Both the position numbers and the translations under genes were made by a program. Below, one piece after another: positions 63,112-64,000 of a stretch of DNA of 64,000 bases. Under the pieces are notes generated by a model. That model did not search any database. It saw nothing but the letters and a program-made list of their open reading frames with translations, and was not told where the DNA came from. This stretch comes from Acidobacteriota bacterium (GTDB lineage: Bacteria; Acidobacteriota; UBA6911; RPQK01; JAJDTT01): positions 2,144,001 to 2,208,000 of the forward strand of contig OZ253580.1 of assembly GCA_965263035.1 (NCBI GenBank). Direction: 5' to 3'. Position 1 is the stretch's first letter; each line of letters begins with the position of its first letter.

Positions 63112-64000
63112 TTAAGAGGATCGGGCCAGATACTGCAGCGCCGCGCCGACGCCGCCCCGGAGATGGGGCACGCCGGCCAGTTCGAGACCCATCTCCACGC
63201 CGCAGAGAGTGCCCGCCAGCATCAGCTCGTTGAAGTCGCCCAGATGACCGATCCGGAAGACCCGCTTCCGCACCTTTCCCAGGCCCGTTCCGAGAGACAT
63301 GTCGAAACGCTCCAGAATCAGCTTCCGCAGCCGGTCTGCATCGTGACCGTCAGGAACCCGCACCGCCGTCAACGAATCCGAGTACTCCCGCGGGTCGAGA
63401 GCCTGCAGTTCCAGGCCCCAGCCCCGGACCGCCCTCCGGGTCGCCTCGGCCAGCCGGGCATGGCGGGCGAAGACGTTTTCCAGTCCCTCCTCCAGCAACA
63501 TGGACAGTGCCGCGTCCAGGCCGTAGAGAAGATTGGAGGCGGGTGTGTAGGGAAAGAACCCCTTGGCGTTGGCCTCCACCACCGGCTTCCAGTCCCAATA
63601 GGATCGGGGCAATCGGGCTTTCTCGGCAGCGGCCAGCGCCTTCTCGCTCAGGGCGTTCAGTCCCAGGCCCGGAGGAAGCATCAGTCCCTTCTGGGAGGCG
63701 GCGATGGTCACGTCGACGCCCCACTCGTCGTGGCGGTAGTCCAGGGAGCCCAGGGAAGAGATGGTGTCCACCAGGAGCAGAGCGGGATGTCCCGCCCGGT
63801 CCATGGCCTGGCGAATCGCCGCCACTTCGCTGGTGACGCCGGTGGAAGTCTCGTTGTGGACCACACCCACGGCCCGGATCCGGTGGGAGTCATCTCGGGA
63901 CAGTCGGGACTCGACCTCCTCGGCATCGACCCCCCTTCGCCAGTCGCCCGGCACCAGTTCCACCTCCAGCCCCAGGCGCCGGGCTATCTGGGACCAGAGC
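63112..64000 (-). CDS. Class V aminotransferase (serine-glyoxylate/alanine-glyoxylate type), 5'-partial
   Basis: VHNETSTG, VDTISS, ASQKGLMLPPG (PLP Lys), PYTP, FRIGHLG; frame open to the window end. Confidence 0.94.
   Translation of the reverse strand, partial: LWSQIARRLGLEVELVPGDWRRGVDAEEVESRLSRDDSHRIRAVGVVHNETSTGVTSEVAAIRQAMDRAGHPALLLVDTISSLGSLDYRHDEWGVDVTIAASQKGLMLPPGLGLNALSEKALAAAEKARLPRSYWDWKPVVEANAKGFFPYTPASNLLYGLDAALSMLLEEGLENVFARHARLAEATRRAVRGWGLELQALDPREYSDSLTAVRVPDGHDADRLRKLILERFDMSLGTGLGKVRKRVFRIGHLGDFNELMLAGTLCGVEMGLELAGVPHLRGGVGAALQYLARSS

Overview
GC-rich bacterial window whose gene content (Oar-type TonB-dependent receptor, PSD1/DUF1501 pair, many Tat-exported Gfo/Idh/MocA and propeller hydrolases, amidase-GerMN-rph-rdgB block) suggests an Acidobacteriota-like organism; this is inference, with no marker gene in view. 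About 1-11 kb is housekeeping and envelope genes: SSS symporter, queC, YyaL-like, rdgB, rph, GerMN, amidase, lpxC with a sigma54-like promoter, ThiF/MoeB. About 11-40 kb is catabolic: a lactonase/epimerase/dehydrogenase/divergent-aldolase cluster, a stand-alone Cache sensor, a Kelch pseudogene, a TonB receptor followed by five exported glycan-hydrolase-like genes, a PHP hydrolase, a sulfatase, a cytochrome c/DUF1501 pair and a class A beta-lactamase-like protein. About 40.3-58.6 kb is an old, diverged tandem segmental duplication. The two copies have decayed reciprocally and each carries a different Phd-VapC toxin-antitoxin module. The window ends in an aminotransferase/GntP/Rid/FAD-FeS oxidoreductase operon. 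Intergenic DNA holds two MITE families, each in a long and a deleted form (three of the four copies sit at stop codons), and a dense family of GGAG-footed REP-like hairpins. No rRNA, tRNA, CRISPR array, integrase or transposase was recognised. All calls come from reading motifs by eye; no database searches were run.
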